Under the pieces are notes generated by a model that saw nothing but the letters and a program-made list of their open reading frames with translations, had not been told where the DNA came from and searched no databases. 50,777 bases of DNA, taken from positions 1 to 50,777 of the forward strand of contig NW_025214782.1 of assembly GCF_004010195.1 (NCBI RefSeq), read 5' to 3'. Numbering within the stretch: the stretch's first letter is position 1; each line of letters opens with the position of its first letter. The translations under genes were made by a program, and so were the position numbers. Shown piece after piece: positions 12,801 through 23,458 of the stretch. Origin of the DNA: Chiloscyllium plagiosum (lineage: Eukaryota).

Positions 12801-13891
12801 TGATGGAGTGAGTGTGATGGGGTGAGTGTGACAGTGATGGAGTGAGTGTGAGAGGGTCAGGGTGACGGTGATGGAGAGAGTTTGATGTGATCAGGGTGAC
12901 GGTGATGGACTGAGATTGAGCGGGTCAGAGTGAAGGTGATGGAGTGAGTGTGAGAGAGGGTAAGGGTGACGGTGATGGAGTGAGTGCGAGGGTGTCAGGG
13001 TGACGGCAATGGAGTGAGTGTGAGAGAGGGTAAAGGTGACGGTGATGGAGTGAGTGTGATGGGGTGAGTGTGACAGTGATGGAGTGAGTGTGAGAGGGTC
13101 AGGGTGACGGTGATGGAGAGAGTTTGATGTGATCAGGGTGACGGTGATGGACTGAGATTGAGCGGGTCAGAGTGAAGGTGATGGAGTGAGTGTGAGAGAG
13201 GGTAAGGGTGACGGTGATGGAGTGAGTGCGAGGGTGTCAGGGTGACGGCAATGGAGTGAGTGTGAGAGAGGGTAAAGGTGACGGTGATGGAGTGAGTGTG
13301 ATGGGGTGAGTGTGACAGTGATGGAGTGAGTGTGAGAGGGTCAGGGTGACGGTGATGGAGAGAGTTTGATGTGATCAGGGTGACGGTGATGGACTGAGAT
13401 TGAGCGGGTCAGAGTGAAGGTGATGGAGTGAGTGTGAGAGAGGGTAAGGGTGACGGTGATGGAGTGAGTGCGAGGGTGTCAGGGTGACGGCAATGGAGTG
13501 AGTGTGAGAGAGGGTAAAGGTGACGGTGATGGAGTGAGTGTGATGGGGTGAGTGTGACAGTGATGGAGTGAGTGTGAGAGGGTCAGGGTGACGGTGATGG
13601 AGAGAGTTTGATGTGATCAGGGTGACGGTGATGGACTGAGATTGAGCGGGTCAGAGTGAAGGTGATGGAGTGAGTGTGAGAGAGGGTAAGGGTGACGGTG
13701 ATGGAGTGAGTGCGAGGGTGTCAGGGTGACGGCAATGGAGTGAGTGTGAGAGAGGGTAAAGGTGACGGTGATGGAGTGAGTGTGATGGGGTGAGTGTGAC
13801 AGTGATGGAGTGAGTGTGAGAGGGTCAGGGTGACGGTGATGGAGAGAGTTTGATGTGATCAGGGTGACGGTGATGGACTGAGATTGAGCGG
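6893..13891 (+). repeat. G/A/T-rich satellite: 34-bp monomer with 242-bp 7-mer higher-order repeat
   Basis: Monomer GTGATGGAGTGAGTGTGAGAGGGTCAGGGTGACG. Marker AGAGTTTGATGTGATC recurs at 7311, 7553, 7795 ... 13845 (27 periods of 242 = 5x34 + 2x36). Monomers at 6893-7267 are divergent. Confidence 0.97.
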
Positions 13892-14267
13892 AGCAGCTCT
13901 TTCACTCCCTATCTGCCAAGGCTACTCTAACTGCTTCAATTGCGATATCACACCCCGTCTCCCCAACTTTGTAACTGCACCAGTGATATTACTCCCCATC
14001 TAGCAAGCCTACTCTATAACTACACCAGCAGCCCTATCTGTCAGGCGTACTCCAGTCCTCACAGACTGTGGAGACCATTGTCTCAATAACCTGCTCCAGG
14101 CCCTGAAAGTCCCTCTGTACTCAGAGTACTTCTCCAGCCACAGCAACAATCCACATCTCTGTTTGCTCCTCCTCTCCGTCCAGCATCTCAAACATTCTCT
14201 TTTTGTCTGACCTGGCAACTCTCCCTTTGCGTTCCGTATATCTGTCCCAAAAATCTCCCTGTATCTG

Positions 14268-14340
<73 letters not shown>

Positions 14341-15500
14341 CCACCATGTCAAAGTATGCTCCTCCAGTATTTCCATCCATCTACTCATCTCCATCACCTT
14401 CTTCAGTTCTTACCCCTCCCGTCTGTGTAAACATCACCCTCCCCTACAACCCTCCCCACCGCAGAAACCTCCTCCAGTTTGTGCAATGCTCTCTATCCGT
14501 GTAAGTGTCTCCAGGCCTTATTGCTGTTCCTGTGTCTGTAAGCTCTGCCATACTCTCCAGCCTTCTCATTGATGTAGCCTCCAGAACCTCACAAGGCTGC
14601 AGTGGATGATATAGTGCCTCAATTCTATACAAATCTCTTAGTCTCTGTAAATTGCACCATTCCATAAAATACTCCCTGTCTGCGTAATCTCCCCCATCCT
14701 GCACTGAGAAGCCTCACTGTCCTTTTGATCACCTGTAGTCCCTTCGGATCTCCCTGTAACTTCCCTGACTCCGTTACCTACAGCTCATCTCATGTTATAA
14801 CTCCTCATACTCATGTTACTCTCCATCTCTGTGATATTCTTCAATCCCTGCAATTCTCGTTCTTTTTCTCCAGACCTTCCAATCCCCCTGATCGATGTAA
14901 GGTTATTGATCCCTTGCAGCATGTTTAATACCTGAAGCAACTTCCAATCCCTCAATGCATCCTGTCGCTGTAACCTCCTCAAATACTACAGCTTTGTCAC
15001 TGTCTTTGTAATATCTTCCAACATCTACAACCTTATTGTTTTCTGTTACCTCCTCCATAACAGCATTCCACATCTGTGTTTAATGGATGGGAATGCTGCA
15101 ATTCTGTTTTCACAGCCCTCAATAACTGTCTGAACTCCTGCAGCCTTACAACCCTTAGTATCTGTGGCTCCTCCAATCCTTACAATTTTCCCTGGCTCTG
15201 AACTGATCCTGCTCCTTTGAACCTTCCTAACTCAGTAAACGCCTGCAGAGCTAACGAACATCCTTATCAGTGTATTGCCGAGGCCCTACAACCCTCCCTA
15301 CAGCTCCACATACCACCCTCACTATCTTTGTAACTTCTTCAGGACTGATAACCCTGTACCTCTCTGTGACATTTTTCATCCCTACAACCTGTCTGATCTC
15401 TAACTACCAACAGTGACCTCAAACCACCCCAACTCTGTAACATCCTCCAGTCTCTACAACCCTGATTTTCTCTGTAAGCTTCCCGAGTGCCTACATTCGC
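13892..15500 (-). repeat. Degenerate pyrimidine-rich ~36-bp minisatellite (same family as 2450-3050, opposite strand)
   Basis: Recurring CTCCCTATCTCTGTAACCTCCTCCAGCCCTACAAC-like units, e.g. CTCTGTAACATCCTCCAGTCTCTACAACCCT at 15433-15463. Confidence 0.7.
14271..14340. repeat. Compound microsatellite (CT)n(AT)n
   Basis: Seen directly in the sequence. Confidence 0.97.
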
Positions 15501-15589
15501 CTTTATCTCCAGTTACAGATCCTTGCTCAGGGAAGCAATGTCTCAGTACAGATTCTGTAAGAAGACCAAAGGATCTTCGATGTGTCAGT

Positions 15590-15950
15590 AAATTTGCCTC
15601 ATTTTCTAAATTCTCATGAGTTCAAATTCAACCTTCTCCAGCTTTTCTCATCAATATCCCTTCATTTTGAGGGACAGTCTGTCAAACCTTTGCTGGACTG
15701 CCTCCAATGCAAGAACATTTCCCTCGAGATAGGGGCCCATATCTATTCATAGTATTTTCATTGTGAGCTGACTGGAACCCTCGACAGTTATTACAAGCCT
15801 TCCCTATTGTTATTCTCCATTCCCTTTGGAGTCAACCCCAGCATTCCATTTGCCCTTTCTATGACCTGCTGATCCTGTAAACCACTGTTCTGAGATTTAT
15901 ACACGAGAATTTCCAAGTTACTTTGTGATGTAGCTTTCTGCAGTCTATCT
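15590..15950 (-). mobile_element. CR1 ORF2 C-terminal fragment
   Basis: QVIERANGMLGLTPKGMENNNREG in ORF 15791..16030 resembles CR1 ANGMLAFIARGIEYK. Confidence 0.75.
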
Positions 15951-16082
15951 GAAACCAAGAGGTGACGGTAATAATCAGGAAAGTGTTGGAATGTATGGTA
16001 AACGATATGGCAGAAATGATAACTGCACAATTCAAAAGCAGAAGAATAAACACGTCCCGTAAGCCCATCTCGATGGCACGGA

Positions 16083-16255
16083 GGCAGCGTGGTGGCTCAG
16101 TGGTTAGCACTGCTGCCTCACAGCAAGAGGAATCAGGCTTCGATTCCAGCCTCGGGCGATTGGCAGTGTGGAGATCTCCCTGTGTCTGTGTGGGTTTCCT
16201 CCAGGTATTCCTGTTTCCTCCCACAGTCCAAAGATGTGCAGGTTAGGAGAGGTGG
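16083..16255 (+). mobile_element. tRNA-derived HE1/V-SINE (head plus V domain, 3' truncated)
   Basis: A box TGGCTCAGTGG, B-box-like GCTTCGATTCC, and central GTGGGTTTCCTCC...TTTCCTCCCACAGTCCAAAGATGTGC domain. Confidence 0.85.
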
Positions 16256-16294
16256 CCGTGGAACGTTGTCCACACTGTCGGGTATCTGTGATCA

Positions 16295-16990
16295 GATATA
16301 GAAGGAGGCCACTTGGACCATCGAGTCTATTCCATTATTCGATGATGGTGGGATTGTTTCTCTCACCTCGTCCCTGTAACCATTCATCCCCTTACTCATT
16401 ATGAACCTATCTATCAGGCGAAAGTGAGAGCTGCAGATGCTGGAGGTTAGAGTTCAGAGTGTGGTGCTGGAAAAGGACAGCAGGTCAGGCAGCATCCTAG
16501 GAGAAAGAGAATCAATGTTTCGGGCAAAAGCCCTTCATCACTCCTTTCCCTTTTACCAGAAATGTCGATTCTCCTGTTCCTCGGATGCTGCCTGTGATGC
16601 TGTTCTTTTGCAACACAACATCCCTGACAAGAACCTATCTGTCTCTGAGTTAATACACTGAATTACTTCTGATCCATAGCCCCCCGTAGGCAGTGAGCTC
16701 CTCAGATTATCGCCCTCTGGCTGAATAAATTGCTCCACATCTCTATTCTAAAGGGGCGTCCCTTCACTCTGAAGCTCGCTCTTTGGGCCCGAGTCTCTCC
16801 GAATCATGGAACCATCTTTCCCACGTCCACTCTATCCAGGTCCCTCAACATTCTGTACGTTTGAATCATATTCTGCCACCGCTGCCTAAACTTCATCGAC
16901 TGTAGACCCAGAATCTCCAATTGCTCCTCATGTGACAAGCATTTCATCTCTGGGATCTTTCTGGGAAATCTGTTTCCCGTACCCCCTCAC
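16295..16990 (-). mobile_element. CR1 LINE 3' end, interrupted by an insertion at 16416-16628
   Basis: Plus strand shows the CR1 antisense tail (GGAGGCCACTTGGACCATCGAG) followed by TTCTAAAGGGGCGTCCCTTCACTCT-type C-terminal sequence. Confidence 0.75.
16416..16628. mobile_element. Short Penelope-derived element with inverted arms and a target-site duplication
   Basis: Arm ~16459-16520 is inverted at ~16560-16621. Flanked by GAACCTATCT(A/G)TC at 16403-16415 and 16631-16643. The minus strand has a degenerate hammerhead core, gTGATGAagggcttttgcccGAAAcatt. Confidence 0.75.
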
Positions 16991-17159
16991 ATCCTTTGTC
17001 CAGACTGTTAATGTACAACATGTTTAGTGTGGTCCCAACGCTTACCCCTGTGAAACTCCACTTGTCACTGGCTGACTACTTTATATCTGCTCTCTGTCTT
17101 CTGACAGTGCCACCAGGTTGTTCTGAAAGCGAGATGTCATTTCATAAACACTGCTGGCT

Positions 17160-17500
17160 TTGTTTTCCTGTCTGGCTGGAGACAGCAGAGTAGATAAAAG
17201 GGAGGAATGGTTTATTGGAATTTTCAGAAACCTTTTAACAAGGTCCCAGTGAAGAGGTGGATAAGCAATATTGGCACATGTGGGATTGGAGGGAATGTAC
17301 TGGCATGGATTGGGAATTCTATAATGGACAGAAAATTAAGTGGAAGAAAATGGATTAGTGCTTAACATCCAACTAAGTTCAAATGGATTTGATGTGTTTG
17401 ATGGTCGGACAAAATCTAATGTTCCACATTTGTTGGTGCACAAAATTAGCTGGGAATGTGGGTTGTATGGAGGAAGCAAAGAGAACATGAACAGTCTGTG
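17160..17500 (+). mobile_element. Old CR1 reverse-transcriptase fragment
   Basis: GTTTATTGGAATTTTCAGAAACCTTTTAACAAGGTCCC resembles VYLDFQKAFDKVP, followed by GIGGNVLAWIGN-like sequence. Confidence 0.7.
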
Positions 17501-17514
17501 AATTTCCCTTTTTT

Positions 17515-17935
17515 AAAATTCAATGATGTACCATGGTCTTCACTTGCTCGGCCATCATTACTTTCCCATCTGTAATTCCCTGGTGGAGGTGGTGGTCAGC
17601 TGTCTTCCTGACCCATTGCAGTCCTTTCGGTGTAAGGACAGACACATTGCTGGTAGGATGGAACGTGACTTGGAGGGCTCCTTGGAAATTCTGGTGTTCC
17701 CGTGCACCTGTAGCTCCTGCCCTTCCAGGGAATCGTGGTTCCGGGTTTGTGAAGGGCTGCTGAAAGCGCCTTCCTGAGTGACCTCAGTGCTGCTTGTTGA
17801 TTTTTCTACAAATTCCTTCCTTCATTCATTCATGGACATGTGCATTGTAGGCTGAGTCAGCATTTTTTATTAATTTTGAGTTGTCACTGAGAAGATGGTG
17901 GTGAGCTTCCTTCTTGAGTGACTGCACCAGCCGTT
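17515..17935 (-). mobile_element. Two tandem decayed LINE-type 3'-end fragments
   Basis: Similar ...GGTGGTGGTCAGCTGTCTTCCTGA (17589) and ...GATGGTGGTGAGCTTCCTTCTTGA (17894) segments, each preceded by AATTC/CATT repeats. Family not certain. Confidence 0.45.
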
Positions 17936-17939
17936 GGAA

Positions 17940-18780
17940 CTGTTGTTATCTGCGTACCCTCCAGCAGGCGCTCCAACACTCCTCATATCTGTAGCGTATC
18001 ACACATGTGCCACTGTAACTGCATACAGACAATGCAGCTCTCCCTTTATGGATGACATACTCCTCTACGTACAACTCTTATAGTTCCTCACAATATCTCA
18101 CCTCCTCCATTCCCGTCTGCGCTGTTGATCTTGCAAATTGTTTTTATTCCTGTTTAAACTTCTGATCACCATTAAACTCTTCCTTTTTAAATTTGTAACC
18201 TCTCAATATTTGTATCCCTCCATATCTCGGTTACAAATTACAACACAGGTTCCCCTCCTTAAATCTCTATGAATTACAGTGGCTGGATGTGTTTCATTCG
18301 CACTTTTCACCTTCCTTATCCACCTCACCTCGTCCAGCCCCTACAATCCCACCATTTTGGAATGCTCCCGTTATCTGCACCTCTTCATATCCTGAGGGTC
18401 CTTGAATACCAACAGTGCTCCAATGATCTATATCTCCCAGGTATTATAAGTCTTCTAACTCTGTAACATCCAGCAGTGTCCAGTACCTTAAAACGCTTCC
18501 TGGCTGTCAATTTGTATTCGTTGAAGTCTTTCTATCTCTCTTAGCAGTTCACAAAAAGCCCTTTAGACTCGACAAAGCTCCGTCAAAAACGAACTATCAA
18601 CTCTCTATTTTCTTTGCCTTATTCAGTTCCTGCAAATCTCCCTGTATCTTCCAGTAACCTGCTTTAGACACTGCACGTCTGCCTACTTCTCTAGATAGCC
18701 TGTCCCATTCCCTACAGCTCGCTCAATTACTGTAACACCCTCTGACCCTTCTAATCCTCCTCCTTTCCACTGTTTTCCAG
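17940..18780 (-). repeat. Highly degenerate pyrimidine-rich minisatellite patch
   Basis: TGTAACCTC, CTCGTCCAGCCCCTACAATCCC and CTCTGTAACATCCAG variants. Confidence 0.55.
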
Positions 18781-19479
18781 GCACAACAGCAATCCTGTGA
18801 GGGAACAGTGCAGAATGGGATATTATAAATCTCAGCTCAGGTTTGAGGAGTACAATTACCTGTGAGTCACAAAGGGAGAGAACCTGAGAGCGAGCAACAC
18901 AGAGAGGGAGAATATGAATCAGCAGTGAGGATTGTGGCCGACTGGGACTTGGAGTTGGCGAAACAGCAGAGCAGGAGACTGGAAATCAGCACGGAATCAT
19001 AGAGGGAGTGACTATGTGATGGAGAAATTTTGAGCAGGAGCTTGAGGCTCACTCACACATGGAAGTTAGAGGCACCAAAGTGTGTGGAAATAAATCAGAA
19101 CTGAAGATTGAGGCCTAGTCATACTGGGAGTCACAGAGATGGTGACACTCTGAGGGAGCAGAGTGGAGTGAGAGCTGGTGGATTGCATGTACCTGGGAGT
19201 CACAGAGATGGTGACCCTGTGAGGTCTTCACAGAAGAAAATGAAAGTTCATTTGCTGATAATAAACCGTTACTTGCTGTAACATGCTGCAAAATGGCATT
19301 TTCCTTCATGGAATTAGGGCTGAAGGCTGAAATATCAGTAATAATTGAAAGTCTGAATCAGTATAATAAAGAATCTCAGTCAGCTACAGACCGATAAGGG
19401 AATTCATGTGAAACGTATGCCTCTGATGTTAACTTTATCCAACATAATTCATTGAGTAAGACTAAACACGTTTCAGCTT

Positions 19480-19997
19480 ATGTTGTGGTAGTGCAGGTTG
19501 GTCAAATGGGAAACGGTTTCTGTTACATTGGGAAGTCATAGCCCCTGCTGGTGTTCGAGATGAACACCGGGTCCTGCAGCTCAGTTAATGACTACAGATT
19601 CTGTGAGACATCTATAACGCTGAGAGTTAGGAGGATAGCACATACAGGGAGGGGAATCACACTGCTGTCATAACGGCCTGTAAGAAGGAAGGGAATGGGT
19701 GATCAGTCAAGAGGTACGGTCAGGGAATGCAGGATTACCCGGGGGGGGGGGGGGGAGGGAAAGTGAGGCTCCCTCCCCATTCAGTTTCCAGTTTGGAAGC
19801 TGATGAAGATGCGGGCTGCTCAGGGGAATGCAGTCAGAGCCATATCTGTGGCGCCACAAGCAGCCTGACTGTGCAGGAGGGGACGGAGAAGGAAGGAGTG
19901 GCGATAGTCACAGAGCAGTCAGGAAATTGAAGAAGGTGTCAGTGTTTCTGTGACTGTCAATGTAATTCCAGGATCGTGGTATCAAGAATGTCACTGT
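19480..19997 (+). mobile_element. Old CR1 ORF1 relic (Zn-finger-like start to esterase start)
   Basis: LEADEDAGCSGECSQSHICG...GVAIV followed by FCDCQCNSRIV...IKNVT, equivalent to the CR1 ORF1 AIVIGDS...DSRMVCCLPG region. Contains a G15 run at 19741-19755. Confidence 0.65.
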
Positions 19998-20490
19998 GTC
20001 CATCAAGTCTGCTCCACCATTCACGTTTGACTGATCGGTTTTTCAAGCCCGTTTTCCTTCTTTCCCCCTTTGATCTCATGGCAATCAAGACCGTTTCTAT
20101 CTTTGTTTTAAATCTACTCAATGACCTTGCATCCACAGCCTTCTGTGACAATGACTTCCACAGATTCCCCACTATCGGGCTGAAGAAGTTTCCCCTTATC
20201 TCCGATCTAACAGGTTTTCCCTTTACTCGAAGGCTGTGACCTTGGTTACTCGTCTCTCCCGTCAATGGAAACACCTTCCCAATATCCACTCTGTCCAAGC
20301 CATTCAGTATTCTGTAAGTTTCAATCAGATCTCCCCTTGTCCTTCTAAACTCCATCATGTTTGGTCCCAGAGCCCTCAAACACTCCTCATCTGTTAAGCC
20401 TTTCGTTCCTGGGATTTTTCTTGTGAACTTCCTCAGGACCGGCTCCAGCTCCAATGCATCCTTCCTGATGTATGGAGCCCAAAGTATAAC
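19998..20490 (-). mobile_element. CR1 LINE 3' end inserted into the older CR1
   Basis: ORF 19957..20547: WAPYIRKDALELEPVLRKFTRKIPG...RRTRGDLIETYRILNGLDRVD...GHSLRVKG...FFSPIVGNLWKSL. Confidence 0.9.
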
Positions 20491-21490
20491 GTATTCAAAA
20501 ATGATATAAAGGAAAGCAAAGGATGAAGTGTAGAAGTATCGGTTCATGATAGTGTTAGTTAATGAGTCTGAGATTAAGTTGATGCCTTCAAGTTCAGAAT
20601 GAATTTGGCCGGAGCTTTAGTAAAAAAAACTATAAGGTTACACTGTGAGGGACCTTCTGTGGGCTGCCAACTAGTGAAAAGGATTCAGAGATGGCAACGT
20701 GATAGTGTTGAGAAACTTGCATTATCGAGATACAGGCTGGGATACTGACCGTGTCTGGGCAGTGACGGATTGCATGAAGGAGAGCTTACTGCAGGAGTAT
20801 GTGCCCACCCCAAGGAACCATGTACTGTTGAACCTTGGAAAAGTGGTGGGGAAAGTGGATCCAGTATCAGGTGGGAACATTTTCAGGCACGATGATCATT
20901 TTATTGTAACGCTCAGGATGATGGAAGAGAATGCTGTGCATTGACTGAGTTTGAGAAAAAAATCAATCGACTGGGAGCTGCCTTCACTGGAGCAAGAATG
21001 AATCTGGGAAGGTATGGCCGGAATACCAAATTGGTCAGAAAAAGAAAATGAACAATGGGCTCCCTTCAATGCATCAGGTCCGTTCGAGGAATATTTCCTC
21101 ACACAGGAAAGGCAGGGTAAACAAACCCAAAGCTCCCTCGATGACAATGGAGCAAAAAGTTAAGATGAAGAAGAACAATTGAATAGGTGTCAGATAGAGA
21201 ACAGAATTGTGAGCAAGGAGAAATGCTGAAGGTTTAGGTAGAGATGATACAGCGGAGGAATTTGAGGAAACAGAAAGCCAACATAAGGTTGTCACACCTC
21301 TAAGGGAGCGTGCGAAAAGGTGGAGTAAGGTTGATCCAACACTTGAAAGAGGATTTATACTGAGAATGGGAATAGCTGAGTGTGAGATGAATACTTCATC
21401 TCTGTATTTACCAAAGAGGCCGAACCCACCCAGGTCATGCTGACAGAGGAGGAAACTCTGTCACTAGAAAGGTACAACATTGATGAGGAA
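20491..21490 (+). mobile_element. Old CR1 ORF2 endonuclease/linker relic
   Basis: ESLLQEYVPTPRNHVLLNL...HDDHFIV (cf. FLxQYVxxPTR...LDL...SDH) and YFISVFTKE-like sequence near 21390-21420. Confidence 0.65.
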
Positions 21491-22532
21491 TATCTTTATG
21501 GCACAGGCAACAAACATATTTCATTGTTTTTCCCTCGATATATGTGACATTAAATCATTCATTCATTCATTCTTGCATGGAATAAAAGGGACAGTATCAA
21601 TTTGGACACAGAAATGACTGGAAATTGAGAGGAATGGTAGGAAATCGAGAGGAATGGTCACTAGATTTTTAATTTCAGGCTGGAGATAGATTTTCAGTGA
21701 AGTTCCGCAGGATTCAGTTTTGGTGACCTCATTCATTTTGAAATGTATGAACGATGTACATCTGGTGTGCAGGGATCCATTCAAAGTTTACAGTTGACAC
21801 AGCACTTAAAGAAATTGTAAACTGTGAGGAAAACGTTGTAGAACTCTAAACTTACATTGCCAACTTCATAGAAACAGTAGAGAAGTGTTTGATGAAGTTT
21901 GGCACATTGAAACATGAGACAATGCAAATTTCTAGCAAGAACATTAAAAGAAAATATAAAAAAGGCAGGATATAGGAGCACAGGATGTGTAAAGATCATT
22001 GAAGTTTGAAGGACATTAAACATAGGCAAAGCATACAGTGTTCCTGTCTTTATAAATACTGACAGTTCAAGAGTAAAGAGGTGATGTTGAACTTGCACCA
22101 AACACATTCGGCTTCAACTGTGTCACATGATCGGAAGAATATAAACACATTGGAAAGGATGAAGAACTGATCTAAAAGAATATTTCCAGGAATTAGTAAG
22201 ACCAGTTATGAAGTCAGACTGTTGCAACTGTTCTCACTGAAGTGAAGGTGGCTAAGAGGAGATCGGATGCAGTTTTTCAAACTCATAGGCAGACTGAATA
22301 GATTAGATTGGATAAAACTGTGCCCACTCACAAAACGAGAGGACACAGATTTCAGTTTATGCACAACAGGAGAACTATGATAGAAGTAAGAACCTTTTCA
22401 CTTGGCGAGTAGTTAGGATGTGTTGCACATGGATGTTCAATGGAAATTTTCAAGAGGGGATTAGATGATTATTGCGACTAAATGAAATGTGTAATTGTTG
22501 TGTTTCTGTTCGCCGAGCTGGGAATTTATATT

Positions 22533-22572
22533 GTAGACGTTTCGTCCTCTGTCTAGGTGACATCCTCAGTGC
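22533..22572 (-). ncRNA. Second, inverted copy of the hammerhead motif
   Basis: Minus strand reads gca-CTGAGGA-tgtcacctagacagaggac-GAAAC-GTC-tac. Cores are intact; stem I has a mismatch. Confidence 0.55.
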
Positions 22573-23418
22573 TTGGGATCCTCCTGTGAAGCGCTTCTGT
22601 GATGTTTCCTCCGGCATGTATACAGGTTTGTCTCTGCCGCTTCCGGTTGTCAGTTCCAGCTGTCCGCTGCAGTGGCCGGTTTATTGGGTCCAGGTCGATG
22701 TGTTTGTTGATAGAATCTGTGGATGAGTGCCACGCCTCTAGGAATTTCCTGGCTGTTCTCTGTTTGGCTTGTCCTATAATCGTAGTATTGTCACAGTCGA
22801 ACTCATGTTGCTTGTCATCTGCGTGTGTGGCAGAACAACGAACGGAGGCTTCACCACAAAGGTATACAGGTAAGCCACACACACAGACCAAGTCCTGAAC
22901 TACGAAAGCAGCCACCCCAACACACACAAAAGAAGTTGCATCAAGAGGAGTCATAACAGCACACAAACCAACAGTCACTCTCAGACAACTCACCAGGACG
23001 AAGTACCCGATACCCAGCATGAGCAAAATCAATGTAGTGTACAAAATCCCATGCAAGGACTACACAAAACACTACATAGGACAAACAGGAAGACAGCTAA
23101 CGATCCGCATCCATGAACACCAACTAGCCACGAAACGACACGACCAGTTTTCCTTAGTAGCCACAAACGCAGATGACAAGCAACATGAATTCCTCTGGGA
23201 CAACACTGCTATTCTAGGACAAACCAAACAGAGAACAGCCAGGGAATTCCTGGAGGCATAGCACTCATCCACAGATTCTATCAGCAAACACATCAACCTG
23301 GACCCAATATACCGGCCACTGCAGCGGACAGCTGGAACTGACAACCAGAAGTGGCAGATACAAACCTGTATAAGTGCCGTAGGAAACATCACAGTAGCGC
23401 TTCACAGGAGGCTCCCAA

Positions 23419-23458
23419 GCACTGAGGATGTCACCTAAACAGGGGACGAAACGTCTGC
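23419..23458 (+). ncRNA. Minimal type-I hammerhead ribozyme motif in the PLE terminal repeat
   Basis: gca-CTGAGGA-t-GTCACCT-aaac-AGGGGAC-GAAAC-GTC-tgc: CUGANGA and GAAA cores, stem II, palindromic ACGT helix III and a short stem I (gca/tgc). Confidence 0.7.

Noticed and set aside
6893..13891. Regularly spaced 34-36-bp repeats resembling a CRISPR array
   Set aside because: Head-to-tail tandem units with no unique spacers, no cas genes, and a vertebrate context. The same applies to the 36-bp array.
14188..14430. RERERE / SLSLSL ORFs
   Set aside because: Translations of the (CT)n(AT)n microsatellite.
16083..16160. tRNA gene
   Set aside because: A/B boxes are present but there is no full cloverleaf, and it runs into a SINE V domain.
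19741..19755. G15 homopolymer as a regulatory G4 element
   Set aside because: A simple slippage run within a CR1 ORF1 relic, with no other support.
19957..20547. 196-aa ORF as a host gene
   Set aside because: It is a CR1 ORF2 C-terminus fused to flanking sequence.
22553..23056. 167-aa ORF with a hydrophobic N-terminus (membrane protein?)
   Set aside because: A chimera of antisense Penelope sequence and the inverted arm encoding the GIY-YIG C-terminus.
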